Source: Bacteroidota bacterium
GTDB taxonomy: Bacteria > Bacteroidota > Bacteroidia > Chitinophagales > JADIYW01
Assembly (NCBI GenBank): GCA_963169645.1
Contig: CAUJCO010000006.1
Coordinates: 70,096-134,095 of the forward strand
DNA: 64,000 nucleotides
Direction: 5' to 3'
A model generated the notes under the pieces. It saw nothing but the letters and a program-made list of their open reading frames with translations. It did not search any database and was not told the DNA's origin. How positions within the stretch are numbered: the first letter of the stretch is position 1; the number at the start of each line of letters is the position of its first letter. Made by a program: the position numbers and the translations under genes. Shown one piece after another: positions 8,100 through 18,247 of this stretch.

Positions 8100-8936
8100 A
8101 TGCAAAAGATAATACATACAATAGTTGGCTCCGGAAACAAACCTATATCAATAGATATCCAATTCCAATCCAACAAAACAATTAAACCTATCGTATTGTT
8201 TTGTCATGGATTTAAAGGTTTTAAAAATTGGGGACACTTCGATTTAATTTCGGATTATTTTGCGCAGCACGGCTTTGTGTTTGTAAAGTTTAATTTCGCA
8301 TGGAACGGCACTACTTTAGAGCATCCGATTGATTTTGTTGATTTAGATGCATTTGGTCAGAATAATTTTTCAAAAGAATTGGAGGATGTCGGATTGGTGT
8401 TGGATTTTTTAGAAAACAATGCCACCACTTTTGAAGCAGATAAACAAACTATATATTTGATTGGTCACAGCAGAGGCGGTGGTGTTGCTATCTTAAAAAC
8501 AAAGGAAGATAATCGTATCAAAAAACTCATTACGTGGGCAAGTATAAAAAATATAGCAGATTTTTTTAGTACGATAGATATGGATAAATGGAAAAACGAT
8601 GGTGTTGTTTATACATTGAACGGACGAACTCAACAAAATATGCCATTGTATTATCAATTATACGAAGATTATAGGGCAAATAATATACGCTTAGATATTG
8701 CAGCTGCAGCAAAAATGTGTACAATACCTTGGCTTATTTTGCATGGCACAAATGATACATCTGTGCCGTTTTCTTGTGCTACTTATTTATCATCGTTAAA
8801 TGCCAAAAGCATCCTTTTGGAAATTGAAAATGCGGATCATACGTTTGGCGGTAAACATCCATGGAAATCAACTAAATTGCCCGAAGATACAATACGTTTG
8901 GTTGAAGCTACGATGAAGTTTATACTTGAAAATTAG
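8100..8936 (+). CDS. Alpha/beta hydrolase
   Basis: 278 aa with nucleophile elbow GHSRGG and late LHGTNDTSVP / ADHTF segments consistent with the Asp/His of the triad. Confidence 0.7.
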   Translation: MQKIIHTIVGSGNKPISIDIQFQSNKTIKPIVLFCHGFKGFKNWGHFDLISDYFAQHGFVFVKFNFAWNGTTLEHPIDFVDLDAFGQNNFSKELEDVGLVLDFLENNATTFEADKQTIYLIGHSRGGGVAILKTKEDNRIKKLITWASIKNIADFFSTIDMDKWKNDGVVYTLNGRTQQNMPLYYQLYEDYRANNIRLDIAAAAKMCTIPWLILHGTNDTSVPFSCATYLSSLNAKSILLEIENADHTFGGKHPWKSTKLPEDTIRLVEATMKFILEN

Positions 8937-8974
8937 TGTTCCTTTTTATCCCTTTAAAATCAAACCAAAACAGA

Positions 8975-10270
8975 TTATTTATTATTGTTTGGTGGATTAT
9001 TTCCATCGTTTCTTTTATCCTTATTTCTTGGTTTAAAATGGCGTTTTTGTTGCTGATTTTTGTTCGGATTCGGATTATTTTGTGCTGGTGGCGTTGATTT
9101 AGATGCATTGCCTAAATTTTGATTTTTGGAAGTAGCTGCATCAACTTGTTTCTTTGGCTTATGATGTTGTTTTTTGTGTTTTTTATCTAAGCTGGCTAAT
9201 GATATTTGTCCAACAACATCTGCAAATTCAATATTTTCTTCAACTGATTTTGTTTCCACTTCTGCTAAATCGGTAATGTCTGCCGGTTTTTTGCCGTTAG
9301 CATTCATCTCTAAAACCATTTTCACATTGTCGATTGAAATAGGGTAGAAGGTGCCGGAGCCTTTCGTAGTATAATACATCAATCCTTTTAAGATATCTGT
9401 TTTCATTAATTTGGCATCACCATTTTCTAATTGTAAAAAATCGGCTTTTTCCGGAACAAAACGCAACGCATCTAGATATGTATCTAATTCATAATTTAAA
9501 CAACATTTTAAGCGACCACATTGTCCGCTTAGTTTGGTTTGGTTAATCGATAAATTTTGATATCGTGCAGCTGTTGTATTAACCGATTTGAAACTGGTGA
9601 GCCAAGTTGAGCAGCATAATTCTCTGCCACAAGAACCAATGCCACCAACAATGCCGGCTTCTTGTCTTGCACCAATTTGACGCATTTCTATTTTTACTTT
9701 AAATTCTGCTGCCAATACCTTTATCAATTCTCTAAAATCTACTCTGCCATCTGCGGTGTAATAAAACGTAGCTTTTTTTCCATCTGCCTGATATTGTACA
9801 TCGCCTAATTTCATATCCAATCCAAGATTACGCGCCAATACACGTGCTTTTAACATCGTTTGTTTTTCTTTGGCTCTGGCTTGTTCCATTAAACTCAATT
9901 CAGCATCTTTGGCAATGCGTAAAATAGAAGGTAAAGCTTCTTCTTGTTCTTTAATTTTTTTTCGTTTCATCTGTAAACGAACGAGTTCACCACTCAAAGT
10001 AACTTGTCCTAAGTCGTAGCCTTGTGCAGCCTCTACGATCACATAATCACCAGTGAAAACATCAAAGCGTTTGTCATTTCGATAAAAACCTTTTCTGGCT
10101 CCACTTTTAAAACTAACTTCGTGAATATTATATTTAGCAAACGGATCAGCGGTGATATCGCTGAGCCAATCGTGAACCTCTAATTTTGAACAACCGCCGG
10201 ACGAACAATGTCCGTTATTTTTACAGCCTGCCGGTGTACCGACTTTTGTTCCACATCCATTACAACCCAT
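8975..10270 (-). CDS. PSP1 domain protein (RicT/YaaT-like) with a Cys-rich N-terminus and a basic low-complexity tail
   Basis: PSP1 core DFRELIKVLAAEFKVKIEMRQIGARQEAG..GG.GSCGRELCCSTWL...KLSGQCGRLKCCLNYE. N-terminus is MGCNGCGTKVGTPAGCKNNGHCSSGGC. The C-terminal ~70 aa are K/N/P/Q-rich. Confidence 0.8.
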   Translation of the reverse strand: MGCNGCGTKVGTPAGCKNNGHCSSGGCSKLEVHDWLSDITADPFAKYNIHEVSFKSGARKGFYRNDKRFDVFTGDYVIVEAAQGYDLGQVTLSGELVRLQMKRKKIKEQEEALPSILRIAKDAELSLMEQARAKEKQTMLKARVLARNLGLDMKLGDVQYQADGKKATFYYTADGRVDFRELIKVLAAEFKVKIEMRQIGARQEAGIVGGIGSCGRELCCSTWLTSFKSVNTTAARYQNLSINQTKLSGQCGRLKCCLNYELDTYLDALRFVPEKADFLQLENGDAKLMKTDILKGLMYYTTKGSGTFYPISIDNVKMVLEMNANGKKPADITDLAEVETKSVEENIEFADVVGQISLASLDKKHKKQHHKPKKQVDAATSKNQNLGNASKSTPPAQNNPNPNKNQQQKRHFKPRNKDKRNDGNNPPNNNK

Positions 10271-10497
10271 TTTTGTATAATTAAAGATGTATTAAACATC
10301 TGAATGAACAATATTATTTGAAACAAAAGTACATCAAAAATACTGATTTTAATAACTTAGATATAGACGAATGTGTATCTCTCAAGTGGATGAACAAGAA
10401 ATAAACTTCTTTTGCAGTTGCTTGTATAGTTTTTGTAAATATAGATTTGTGGCAAAAGTGGAAATAAATAAAATAAAAAATTGCTTATCTTGCGAAA

Positions 10498-11565
10498 ATG
10501 ATACAACGCATTAATAATTGGAAATGGATTATTACTACAATACTCTGTTTTGTATTATTATATTCATTGCCGTCATCTTTTATAGAGCAATATTATGCTA
10601 CCAATTGGTTCGTTAAAATTAGGAAGGTACTGGATAATACATTCGGGAAATTGCCCTTTTCTTCCATTTATCTGTTTTTAGGAGTTCTATTAATCATATT
10701 TATTAATTGGTTTTTACATTTTTTTCGAGAAAAACCTAAACCATTTTTAGTTCGATTATTGAATACCTTTTCATTTTTCGGGCTACTTACAACATTCTTT
10801 TTTATACTTTGGGGTTTTAATTATGGAAGAATTCCTTTAGAAACAAAACAAAACTTGCAAATTAAACCACTCAGTAACGAACAATTAATTGCAGAAACAG
10901 ATACGACCATTGCCAACTTACTACAAATCAGAAGAAATATAAAAGACGATACAGGTGCATTACCACAAATTGTTTTTATAAATAAGATTGAAGATAATTG
11001 TCGTGCAGCATTGAATGCTACGTTGCAACAATTCAATTATCCTTACAGTGAAAAATTGCGAACTCGTTTTGTATTAGATGATATGCTGATGTTATTTAAT
11101 GTGGGTGGCCAATACGTGCCTTTTGTTGGTGAAGGTGGTGTCGATGATGCCGTTTTTTTTTCAAAGAAACCATTTTATGTAATTCATGAAATGGCACATG
11201 GAAATGGATTTACACAAGAAGCCGAATGTAGCTTTTTGGCGTATGTGAGTTGTATGAATTCAAATAATAAATCTTTTCAATACAGTGCCGAATTTAATTA
11301 CTTATTGTATCTGTTAAATGAGTTGAAACTCCGAGAAGAACAAACATATACTTCTGTATTAGAGAAAATGCCCATTTTATTAAAGCATGATTTAGAAGAT
11401 TACAAAACACATCAGGAAGAGCATACCTTTAAAACCGGAAAAATAGGCGATATAATTAATAATCTATACCTTAAAACAATGGGTGTGCAAGATGGTATTT
11501 TAAACTATGATAAAATGGTATTACTTATCTATGCGTGGAAACACCAAGCAGGTACTGTATTTTAA
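10498..11565 (+). CDS. DUF3810-like membrane protein with an HExxH motif
   Basis: 355 aa with N-terminal TM segments and HEMAHGNGF (zinc-peptidase-like HExxH). The layout matches Bacteroidetes DUF3810. Confidence 0.55.
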   Translation: MIQRINNWKWIITTILCFVLLYSLPSSFIEQYYATNWFVKIRKVLDNTFGKLPFSSIYLFLGVLLIIFINWFLHFFREKPKPFLVRLLNTFSFFGLLTTFFFILWGFNYGRIPLETKQNLQIKPLSNEQLIAETDTTIANLLQIRRNIKDDTGALPQIVFINKIEDNCRAALNATLQQFNYPYSEKLRTRFVLDDMLMLFNVGGQYVPFVGEGGVDDAVFFSKKPFYVIHEMAHGNGFTQEAECSFLAYVSCMNSNNKSFQYSAEFNYLLYLLNELKLREEQTYTSVLEKMPILLKHDLEDYKTHQEEHTFKTGKIGDIINNLYLKTMGVQDGILNYDKMVLLIYAWKHQAGTVF

Positions 11566-11679
11566 GCTAATTTTAATTCAAATGTATTTATTTGATATAT
11601 GTCATCAAAGTGCTAAAATCTAGTAGTTTTTTTCCATATTCTTAACTTTTTTTCATACCAACTTACAACCAAATCAAGC

Positions 11680-11713
11680 TAACTTTGTTAACAAATCTAA
11701 CTTAGTTAACTAA
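11680..11713 (+). promoter_or_regulatory. Promoter -7 box overlapping two GTTAAC-centred palindromes (candidate TetR operators)
   Basis: TAACTTTG (11680-11687) fits TAnnTTTG. Perfect palindromes are TTTGTTAACAAA (11684-11695) and TTAGTTAACTAA (11702-11713), each preceded by CTAACTT. The second abuts the ATG of the TetR gene. Confidence 0.55.
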
Positions 11714-12313
11714 ATGACAGTTTCTATACGCAGAAAGAAGGAAAAAGAAGCACTTCGCTTACACATTTTAGAAGTAGCAAAAGAAATTGCTGCTGCTGAT
11801 GGTTGGCAAAATGTTACTATTCGAAAAATATGTGATAAAATTGGTTATTCTGCACCTGTTATTTATCAGCATTTCGAAAATAAAGAAGATTTGTTGCAAT
11901 CACTCAGAGTAGTTGGCTTCACACAAATATTTGAACAATTTGAAAAAGTTGATGTAAAACATAGCACACCGGAGAAACGATTGTTAGAATATGCATTGGT
12001 GTGGTGGAAATTTTCCAAACAAAATCCTGAATTATATCAAGTCATGTTTAATTTGCAAGGAGCAATTTGTGAAAATAATGAAAACAAACAATCTCGTATG
12101 TTTGTTAATTATTATTCTACATCATTTAAGCAAATGAGCTCAAAGGCACATCGCTCCGAAAAATATAAGTTGGAACTGTGTGATAATTTTATTTCTGTCA
12201 TTCACGGATTTATATCTATGCGAATGGTAAATAAAATTAAATCCGGCAGCGAAAATGCAGAACAAGTTTTTAAAAATTCAATACTCAGATTTATACATTC
12301 AATCACCGATTAA
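11714..12313 (+). CDS. TetR/AcrR family transcriptional regulator
   Basis: N-terminal HTH (VTIRKICDKIGYSAPVIYQHFENKEDLL), 199 aa, directly upstream of the RND efflux genes. Confidence 0.85.
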   Translation: MTVSIRRKKEKEALRLHILEVAKEIAAADGWQNVTIRKICDKIGYSAPVIYQHFENKEDLLQSLRVVGFTQIFEQFEKVDVKHSTPEKRLLEYALVWWKFSKQNPELYQVMFNLQGAICENNENKQSRMFVNYYSTSFKQMSSKAHRSEKYKLELCDNFISVIHGFISMRMVNKIKSGSENAEQVFKNSILRFIHSITD

Positions 12314-12321
12314 CAGTACTT

Positions 12322-13407
12322 ATGAAATTAGGAAAAATCATTTTTTGGACTTTAGTATTCGCGTTAATAATCGTATTAGCGTTTGTGAAAATAAAGAATA
12401 ATAAAGAAGCAGCAGCTAAGATGGCACCTATGGGAAAAGGTGGTCCACAAACATTGCGCGCTAATGGGTTTATAGTGGAGTATTCAAAATTATCCAATAT
12501 TTTAAGTGCCAATGGAAACGTTTTAGCACAAGACGAAGTGCAGTTACAACCGGAAGTTTCCGGCCGTGTTACTTTCTTAAATATTAAAGAAGGTGCAATT
12601 GTTTCTAAAGGAACATTGTTGTTAAAAATAAACGATGCCGATTTAAAAGCACAAATGTACAAACTCAATACACAACAAAAAATTGCACAAGCCAACGTAA
12701 ATCGTTTGGCTGAACTAATAAAAATTAAAGGTGTTTCACAAGCAGAATACGATGCAGCAGAAAATACTTTAAATAATATTTTGGCAGATATTCAGATTCT
12801 AAAAGTTCAAATAGACAAAACAGAATTGCGTGCTCCATTCACCGGAAAACTTGGATTGCGCAATATTAGTTTGGGTGCAATGGTAACACCAACTACCGTG
12901 GTAGCATCATTACAAAATGTAAGCCAACTAAAAATGGATATTACAGTACCGGAAAAATATGCCGGCGTTATTCATATCGGAGATAAAATGCAATGCACTG
13001 TTGCTGGTATTGATGCACCATTTTCTGCATCTATCATCGCCATTGAACCACAAATAGATGAAATGACAAGAAACCTTACCGTACGTGCACTTATCCAATC
13101 GGCATCTTCTAAATTAATGCCCGGAGCGTACGTGAAAGTAGACTTAAAATTAAAAGAAATACCAAATACTATTTTAATTCCAAGTGGTGCAATAATTCCG
13201 GACGACCGCTTTACAAAAGTTGTAATTGCGGATAGCAGCAAAGCTAAATTAGTAACCGTTCAAATTGGAACACGAACAGAAAATGAAGTACAGATTATAG
13301 ATGGTTTAAAAGTAGGCGATACGGTATTGACTTCCGGTTTGTTGCAGGTGAAACCGGGCATGCCGGTGGTTTTTACTAAAACTACTTCTAATTCTGCAGT
13401 TCAATAA
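12322..13407 (+). CDS. RND efflux periplasmic adaptor (membrane fusion protein)
   Basis: 361 aa with a signal anchor, lipoyl/hairpin/beta-barrel pattern (VSGRVTFLNIKEGAIVSKGTLLLKIND; ELRAPFTGKLG). Confidence 0.9.
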   Translation: MKLGKIIFWTLVFALIIVLAFVKIKNNKEAAAKMAPMGKGGPQTLRANGFIVEYSKLSNILSANGNVLAQDEVQLQPEVSGRVTFLNIKEGAIVSKGTLLLKINDADLKAQMYKLNTQQKIAQANVNRLAELIKIKGVSQAEYDAAENTLNNILADIQILKVQIDKTELRAPFTGKLGLRNISLGAMVTPTTVVASLQNVSQLKMDITVPEKYAGVIHIGDKMQCTVAGIDAPFSASIIAIEPQIDEMTRNLTVRALIQSASSKLMPGAYVKVDLKLKEIPNTILIPSGAIIPDDRFTKVVIADSSKAKLVTVQIGTRTENEVQIIDGLKVGDTVLTSGLLQVKPGMPVVFTKTTSNSAVQ

Positions 13408-13449
13408 TAGTGTGTACTTATTTCCATCAAAATAAAATATAAATAGATT

Positions 13450-16400
13450 ATGGGTTTACCATCACTCAGTTTACGACGTCCGGTTTTTGCAATAGTTATC
13501 AATGTTATCATCATTTTGTTTGGATTGATAGGATACACCTTTTTAGGCGTACGCGAATATCCGTCTATTGACCCACCGGTAATTAATGTACGAACTTCTT
13601 ATACCGGCGCAAATGCCAATATTATTGAATCACAAATTACAGAACCATTAGAAGATGCTATTAATGGTGTGCAAGGAATACGTACTATTTCTTCTGCTAG
13701 TAATCAAGGTTCTTCCAATATTACCGTGGAGTTTGATTTAGATACAGATTTAGAAACAGCGGCAAATGATGTGCGCGATAAGGTTTCCAAAGCCGTACGC
13801 CAATTACCACAAGACATTGATGCAGCTCCGGTAGTTTCTAAAGCAGATGCCAACTCAGATGCGATTATTTCCATGACCGTTCAAAGTAGTACTAAAAATG
13901 TATTGGAACTTACGGATTATGCAGTGAATGTGTTGCAACAACGTTTGCAAACAATTCCGGGTGTGAGTAGCATTCAAATTTGGGGTGAAAAAAAATACGC
14001 TATGCGTCTTTGGTTTGATCCTAAAAAATTAGCAGCTTATGGATTAACAGCTATTGATGTTCAAAATGCCATTAATAAAACAAACATCGAATTGCCATCC
14101 GGAAAAATTTCCGGTGTAAATACGGAACTTACCGTAAATACATTAGGACGAATTAATACCGAAGATGAATATAATAATCTTATTATTAAAGATGTGGATG
14201 GGAAAACAGTACGATTAAAAGATATTGGATATGCAGTGTTAGGAACAGAAAATTTTGAGACTTCCCTAAAAGAACAAGCGGTTGGCATGGTAGCATTAGC
14301 ATTAGTGCCGCAACCCGGTTCTAACTATGTAGAGATTTCAGATGAATTTTATAAACGATTTGAAAAAATAAAGAATGAAGTTCCAAAAGATATTCAATTA
14401 AATATTGCATTAGATAATACTACTTTCATTAAAAAATCAATTTTAGAAGTTAAAGAAACATTGTTCATTTCTATTGTATTGGTGGTATTAATTATTTTCT
14501 TGTTTTTCAGAGATTGGATTATCGCTTTACGTCCGTTAATAGATATTCCGGTTTCATTAATTGGAGCATTTTTTATCATGTATATTTTTGGTTTCACCAT
14601 TAATGTACTCACGTTATTAGCAATTGTATTAGCTACCGGTTTAGTAGTGGACGATGGGATTGTTGTTACGGAAAATATCTTTAAAAAATTAGAATTAGGC
14701 ATGCCTAAAATGCAAGCTGCTCGTGAAGGCTCCGAGGAAATTTTCTTTGCAGTTATCTCTACATCTATTACGCTTGCAATTGTGTTTTTACCGATTGTAT
14801 TTATGCAAGGATTTGTCGGGATGTTGTTTAAAGAATTTGGGATAGTAGTTGCCGGAGCCGTTCTAATTTCAGCCTTTGTATCGCTAACACTTACTCCGGT
14901 TTTAAATGTTTGGTTAGGAAAAAAAGAGCATACTAATTCTTGGTTTTACGAAAAAACAGAACCGTTCTTTAAAGGATTGGATGATGGCTATACCGATATG
15001 TTGAAATCGTTTATGAAAGCACGATGGATTTCATTTCCAATCATTCTTGTTTGTTTTGCATTAATTTATCTTATCGGCTCAAGTTTGCAATCCGAGTTAG
15101 CACCGATGGAAGATAGAGGCTCGTTGCGTGTATCTGTTACTGCGCCGGAAGGCACATCTTATACTGCAATGCAAGATTATGTAGATAATATCACGCAATT
15201 AGTAGTTGATTCTGTTCCGGAACAAAATATTGCACTGAGTGTTACTTCGCCGGGCTTTATGGGTTCGGGAGCTGCAAATACGGCATTTATGCGTATTACA
15301 TTAAAAGAAAAAACAGAGAGAACTCGTTCTCAGGATGATATTGCACAGTATTTGCAACGCAATTTTTCATCCTTTAATTTAGGAAGAGCTTTTGTAATTC
15401 AAGAGCAAACTATTTCGGTTGGTTCTGGTCGTTTTGGGCAACCGGTGCAATTTGTAATTCAAAATTTTGATTTTAATAAACTACAAACTGCTGTTCCGAA
15501 GTTCATGGACGAAGTGTATAAAAGTCCTGTTTTCTTCGGTGCAGATGCCAACTTAAAATTCAATAAACCGGAATTAGAAATTGTCATTGATAAAGATAAA
15601 GCAACTGCGATGGGCGTGTCTGTTCAAGATATTGCTCAAACATTACAATTCACTTTTAGTGGACGACGTTTTGGTTATTTCTTGAAAGAAGGAAAACAAT
15701 ATCAAATCATTGGACAATCCATGTATGATGAACGCAGTAAGCCGGATGATTTGAAAGATATTTATGTAAAAAATAATGCCGGAAAATTAATTGCAATCGA
15801 GAATTTAATTTCTGTGGAAGAATTGGCTAAACCACCTCAATTGTATCATTACGACCGATATAAATCTGCTACTATTTCATCCGGATTAGCTCCTGGAAAA
15901 ACCATTGGTGATGGTATTAAAGAAATGGAACGTATCGCCAAAGAAGTGTTAGATGAATCTTTCACCACATCATTGTCCGGTTCGTCGCGTGACTTTGCGG
16001 AAAGTTCTTCCAATACGATGTTTGCATTGATATTAGCATTGGTATTAATTTATTTGGTATTAGCAGCGCAATTTGAAAGTTTCATCGATCCATTTATTAT
16101 CATGGTAACAGTTCCATTAGCTTTAGCAGGTGCATTATTGTCTTTGTGGATTTTTGGTCAAACTCTCAATATTTTCAGCCAGATTGGTATGATTATGCTC
16201 ATTGGCTTGGTAACAAAAAATGGGATTTTAATTGTGGAATTTGCCAATCATAATAGAAAAAATGGCATGGGAAAAGTAGAAGCAGCAATTTATGCGGCAT
16301 CCATGCGTTTGCGACCTATTTTAATGACCAGTTTAGCAATGGCGTTAGGTGCATTGCCTATCGCAGTTGCCTTTGGAGCGGGTTCCACCAGCCGTATTTC

Positions 16401-16521
16401 TTTAGGTATTGTAATTATTGGTGGTATTGTATTTTCCTTGATTTTGACATTGTTTGTCGTTCCGGCAATGTATTCTATGATGTCAAGAACTCAAACCGTT
16501 AAAGATGATTCTCATGAATAA
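13450..16521 (+). CDS. RND efflux pump inner-membrane permease (AcrB/HAE1 family)
   Basis: 1023 aa with 12-TM/2-loop architecture and typical motifs (REYPSIDPP, VVDDGIVVTENI, GLVTKNGILIVEFAN). Confidence 0.95.
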   Translation: MGLPSLSLRRPVFAIVINVIIILFGLIGYTFLGVREYPSIDPPVINVRTSYTGANANIIESQITEPLEDAINGVQGIRTISSASNQGSSNITVEFDLDTDLETAANDVRDKVSKAVRQLPQDIDAAPVVSKADANSDAIISMTVQSSTKNVLELTDYAVNVLQQRLQTIPGVSSIQIWGEKKYAMRLWFDPKKLAAYGLTAIDVQNAINKTNIELPSGKISGVNTELTVNTLGRINTEDEYNNLIIKDVDGKTVRLKDIGYAVLGTENFETSLKEQAVGMVALALVPQPGSNYVEISDEFYKRFEKIKNEVPKDIQLNIALDNTTFIKKSILEVKETLFISIVLVVLIIFLFFRDWIIALRPLIDIPVSLIGAFFIMYIFGFTINVLTLLAIVLATGLVVDDGIVVTENIFKKLELGMPKMQAAREGSEEIFFAVISTSITLAIVFLPIVFMQGFVGMLFKEFGIVVAGAVLISAFVSLTLTPVLNVWLGKKEHTNSWFYEKTEPFFKGLDDGYTDMLKSFMKARWISFPIILVCFALIYLIGSSLQSELAPMEDRGSLRVSVTAPEGTSYTAMQDYVDNITQLVVDSVPEQNIALSVTSPGFMGSGAANTAFMRITLKEKTERTRSQDDIAQYLQRNFSSFNLGRAFVIQEQTISVGSGRFGQPVQFVIQNFDFNKLQTAVPKFMDEVYKSPVFFGADANLKFNKPELEIVIDKDKATAMGVSVQDIAQTLQFTFSGRRFGYFLKEGKQYQIIGQSMYDERSKPDDLKDIYVKNNAGKLIAIENLISVEELAKPPQLYHYDRYKSATISSGLAPGKTIGDGIKEMERIAKEVLDESFTTSLSGSSRDFAESSSNTMFALILALVLIYLVLAAQFESFIDPFIIMVTVPLALAGALLSLWIFGQTLNIFSQIGMIMLIGLVTKNGILIVEFANHNRKNGMGKVEAAIYAASMRLRPILMTSLAMALGALPIAVAFGAGSTSRISLGIVIIGGIVFSLILTLFVVPAMYSMMSRTQTVKDDSHE

Positions 16522-17827
16522 AAGACAAGTATATTTTAGCATTGTATTGAGCTTTTTGTTGGTTGCACCTTCGTTAAAAGCACAAGAAATATTAACACCG
16601 GAAGCAGCTGTTTCTGCTGCATTAAACAAAAATTTCGATATCGTTTTAGCAAAAAATGAAGCGGAAATAGCCAAGATAAATAATAACAAAGCCACAGCAG
16701 GCATGTTGCCTACGATTAATATCACAACAGGTGATGTATTTAATTTGAGTAACATTAACCAGCAATTTACAACCGGTCAAGATGTGAAAAAAAATTGGGT
16801 GCCAATCAATAGTTTCAATGCCGGATTAAATGTGAATTGGACCATTTTTGATGGAATGAAAATGTTTGCTGCAAAAGATAGGTTGAAAGCATTACAAGAT
16901 TTAGGCGACTTGCAATTGAAAAATAGTATTCAAGATGTAGTTGCTCAAACGTTGAATGCCTATTATGAAATCGTGCGACAAAAACAATATATTAAAGCTA
17001 TTACGGAATCGGCAGCAATTTCTTCGGAGCGTGTTAGTTTATCGCAAAAAAAATTAGATGTCGGGTATGCTGATAAAACACCCTTATTGCAAGCTAAAGT
17101 AGATTATTCTACACAACAAATTAATATCGTAAAACAAGAAACAGCATTGGAACAAGCAAAAATAAATTTGAATACAATTTTAGGTAGAGATGCCCATGTC
17201 GAGTTTGATGTAATCGATGAGATTGTTGTCAATTATTTGCCGAATTTGCAAACCATAAAAGATACAGCGTTCGCATCAAACTATTCCATATTATCTGCTC
17301 AAAAAAATATCGAGATTGCAAAATTGCAACATAAAGAAATTAAATCACAGCGTTTGCCACAAATTAACTTCAGCACCGGATATTCTTTTACCCAAAATAA
17401 TAGTAAAGCCGGTTTGCAATTACAAAATCGTTCGTATGGACCATCCGTTGGACTAAATGCCGTAATTCCCATTTTTAATGGTGGAAAAGTGAAAAAACAA
17501 ATGGAATCATCTGCAGTGCAAATTGCATCACAACAAGTGGTTCTACAACAATTGAAAAATAAAGTAGATGCACAAATTTTAGCCGCATATAAGAATTTTA
17601 TTTTTGCTCAAAAAATTCTTACGTTAAACGAACAAACGGTGAAAGATGCGAAAGAAAATGTTGACTTAAGTTTGGAACGTTTTCGATTAAATCAAGCCAA
17701 TTCTATTGAAGTAAAACAAGCTCAAAGTAGTTACGAAGATGCCTTGTATAATGTAATTTTATCCAGATACAATGCAAAAGTAGCTGAAACAGATTTGAAA
17801 CGATTGTGCAATGATTTAGTGAAATAA
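16514..17827 (+). CDS. TolC-family outer membrane efflux protein
   Basis: Signal peptide MNKRQVYFSIVLSFLLVAPSLKAQE and two TolC repeats. The ATG at 16514 overlaps the pump stop (ATGAATAA). The ORF track offers an alternative ATG at 16505. Confidence 0.9.
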   Translation: MNKRQVYFSIVLSFLLVAPSLKAQEILTPEAAVSAALNKNFDIVLAKNEAEIAKINNNKATAGMLPTINITTGDVFNLSNINQQFTTGQDVKKNWVPINSFNAGLNVNWTIFDGMKMFAAKDRLKALQDLGDLQLKNSIQDVVAQTLNAYYEIVRQKQYIKAITESAAISSERVSLSQKKLDVGYADKTPLLQAKVDYSTQQINIVKQETALEQAKINLNTILGRDAHVEFDVIDEIVVNYLPNLQTIKDTAFASNYSILSAQKNIEIAKLQHKEIKSQRLPQINFSTGYSFTQNNSKAGLQLQNRSYGPSVGLNAVIPIFNGGKVKKQMESSAVQIASQQVVLQQLKNKVDAQILAAYKNFIFAQKILTLNEQTVKDAKENVDLSLERFRLNQANSIEVKQAQSSYEDALYNVILSRYNAKVAETDLKRLCNDLVK

Positions 17828-17843
17828 GATTTATTCGATGCAA

Positions 17844-17879
17844 TAAAAAAAACTCCTTCGTAGTGAAGGAGTTTTTTTA
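17844..17879. terminator. Bidirectional rho-independent terminator (tolC / secG convergent)
   Basis: A-run, stem AACTCCTTC (17851-17859) / GAAGGAGTT (17865-17873), then a T-run. Confidence 0.85.
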
Positions 17880-17898
17880 TATAGTATAATTGAAAAAT

Positions 17899-18246
17899 TT
17901 ATTTAGGTTGTGCCGGTGCGGTAGGAGCTGCCGGAGCCGGAGTTGCAGATTGTGGTACAGTTGGCACTTTTGCTTTTGCTGCTTCTTCAGTTAAAGTTTG
18001 TACACCTTCACCGCTATTTGATTTAGGCACTACAAATGCCGTCAGTACACATAATGCAAATAAAATGATAGCAGAGCCCCAAGTTGTTTTTTCCATTACG
18101 TCGCCGGCACTTTGAACGCCAATGATGTTAGAAGTCGTGTTTCCTAAGCCACCCATCAAGCCACCACCTTTCGGATTTTGGATTAATACGAGCAGGATGA
18201 TAAATATGCTAACTAAAATAATTAATATCGTTAAAAATGTAAACAT
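17899..18246 (-). CDS. secG: Preprotein translocase subunit SecG
   Basis: MFTFLTILIILVSIFIILLVLIQNPKGGGL is a typical SecG N-terminus, followed by a second TM and a P/A-rich tail. Confidence 0.85.
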   Translation of the reverse strand: MFTFLTILIILVSIFIILLVLIQNPKGGGLMGGLGNTTSNIIGVQSAGDVMEKTTWGSAIILFALCVLTAFVVPKSNSGEGVQTLTEEAAKAKVPTVPQSATPAPAAPTAPAQPK

Positions 18247-18247
18247 G

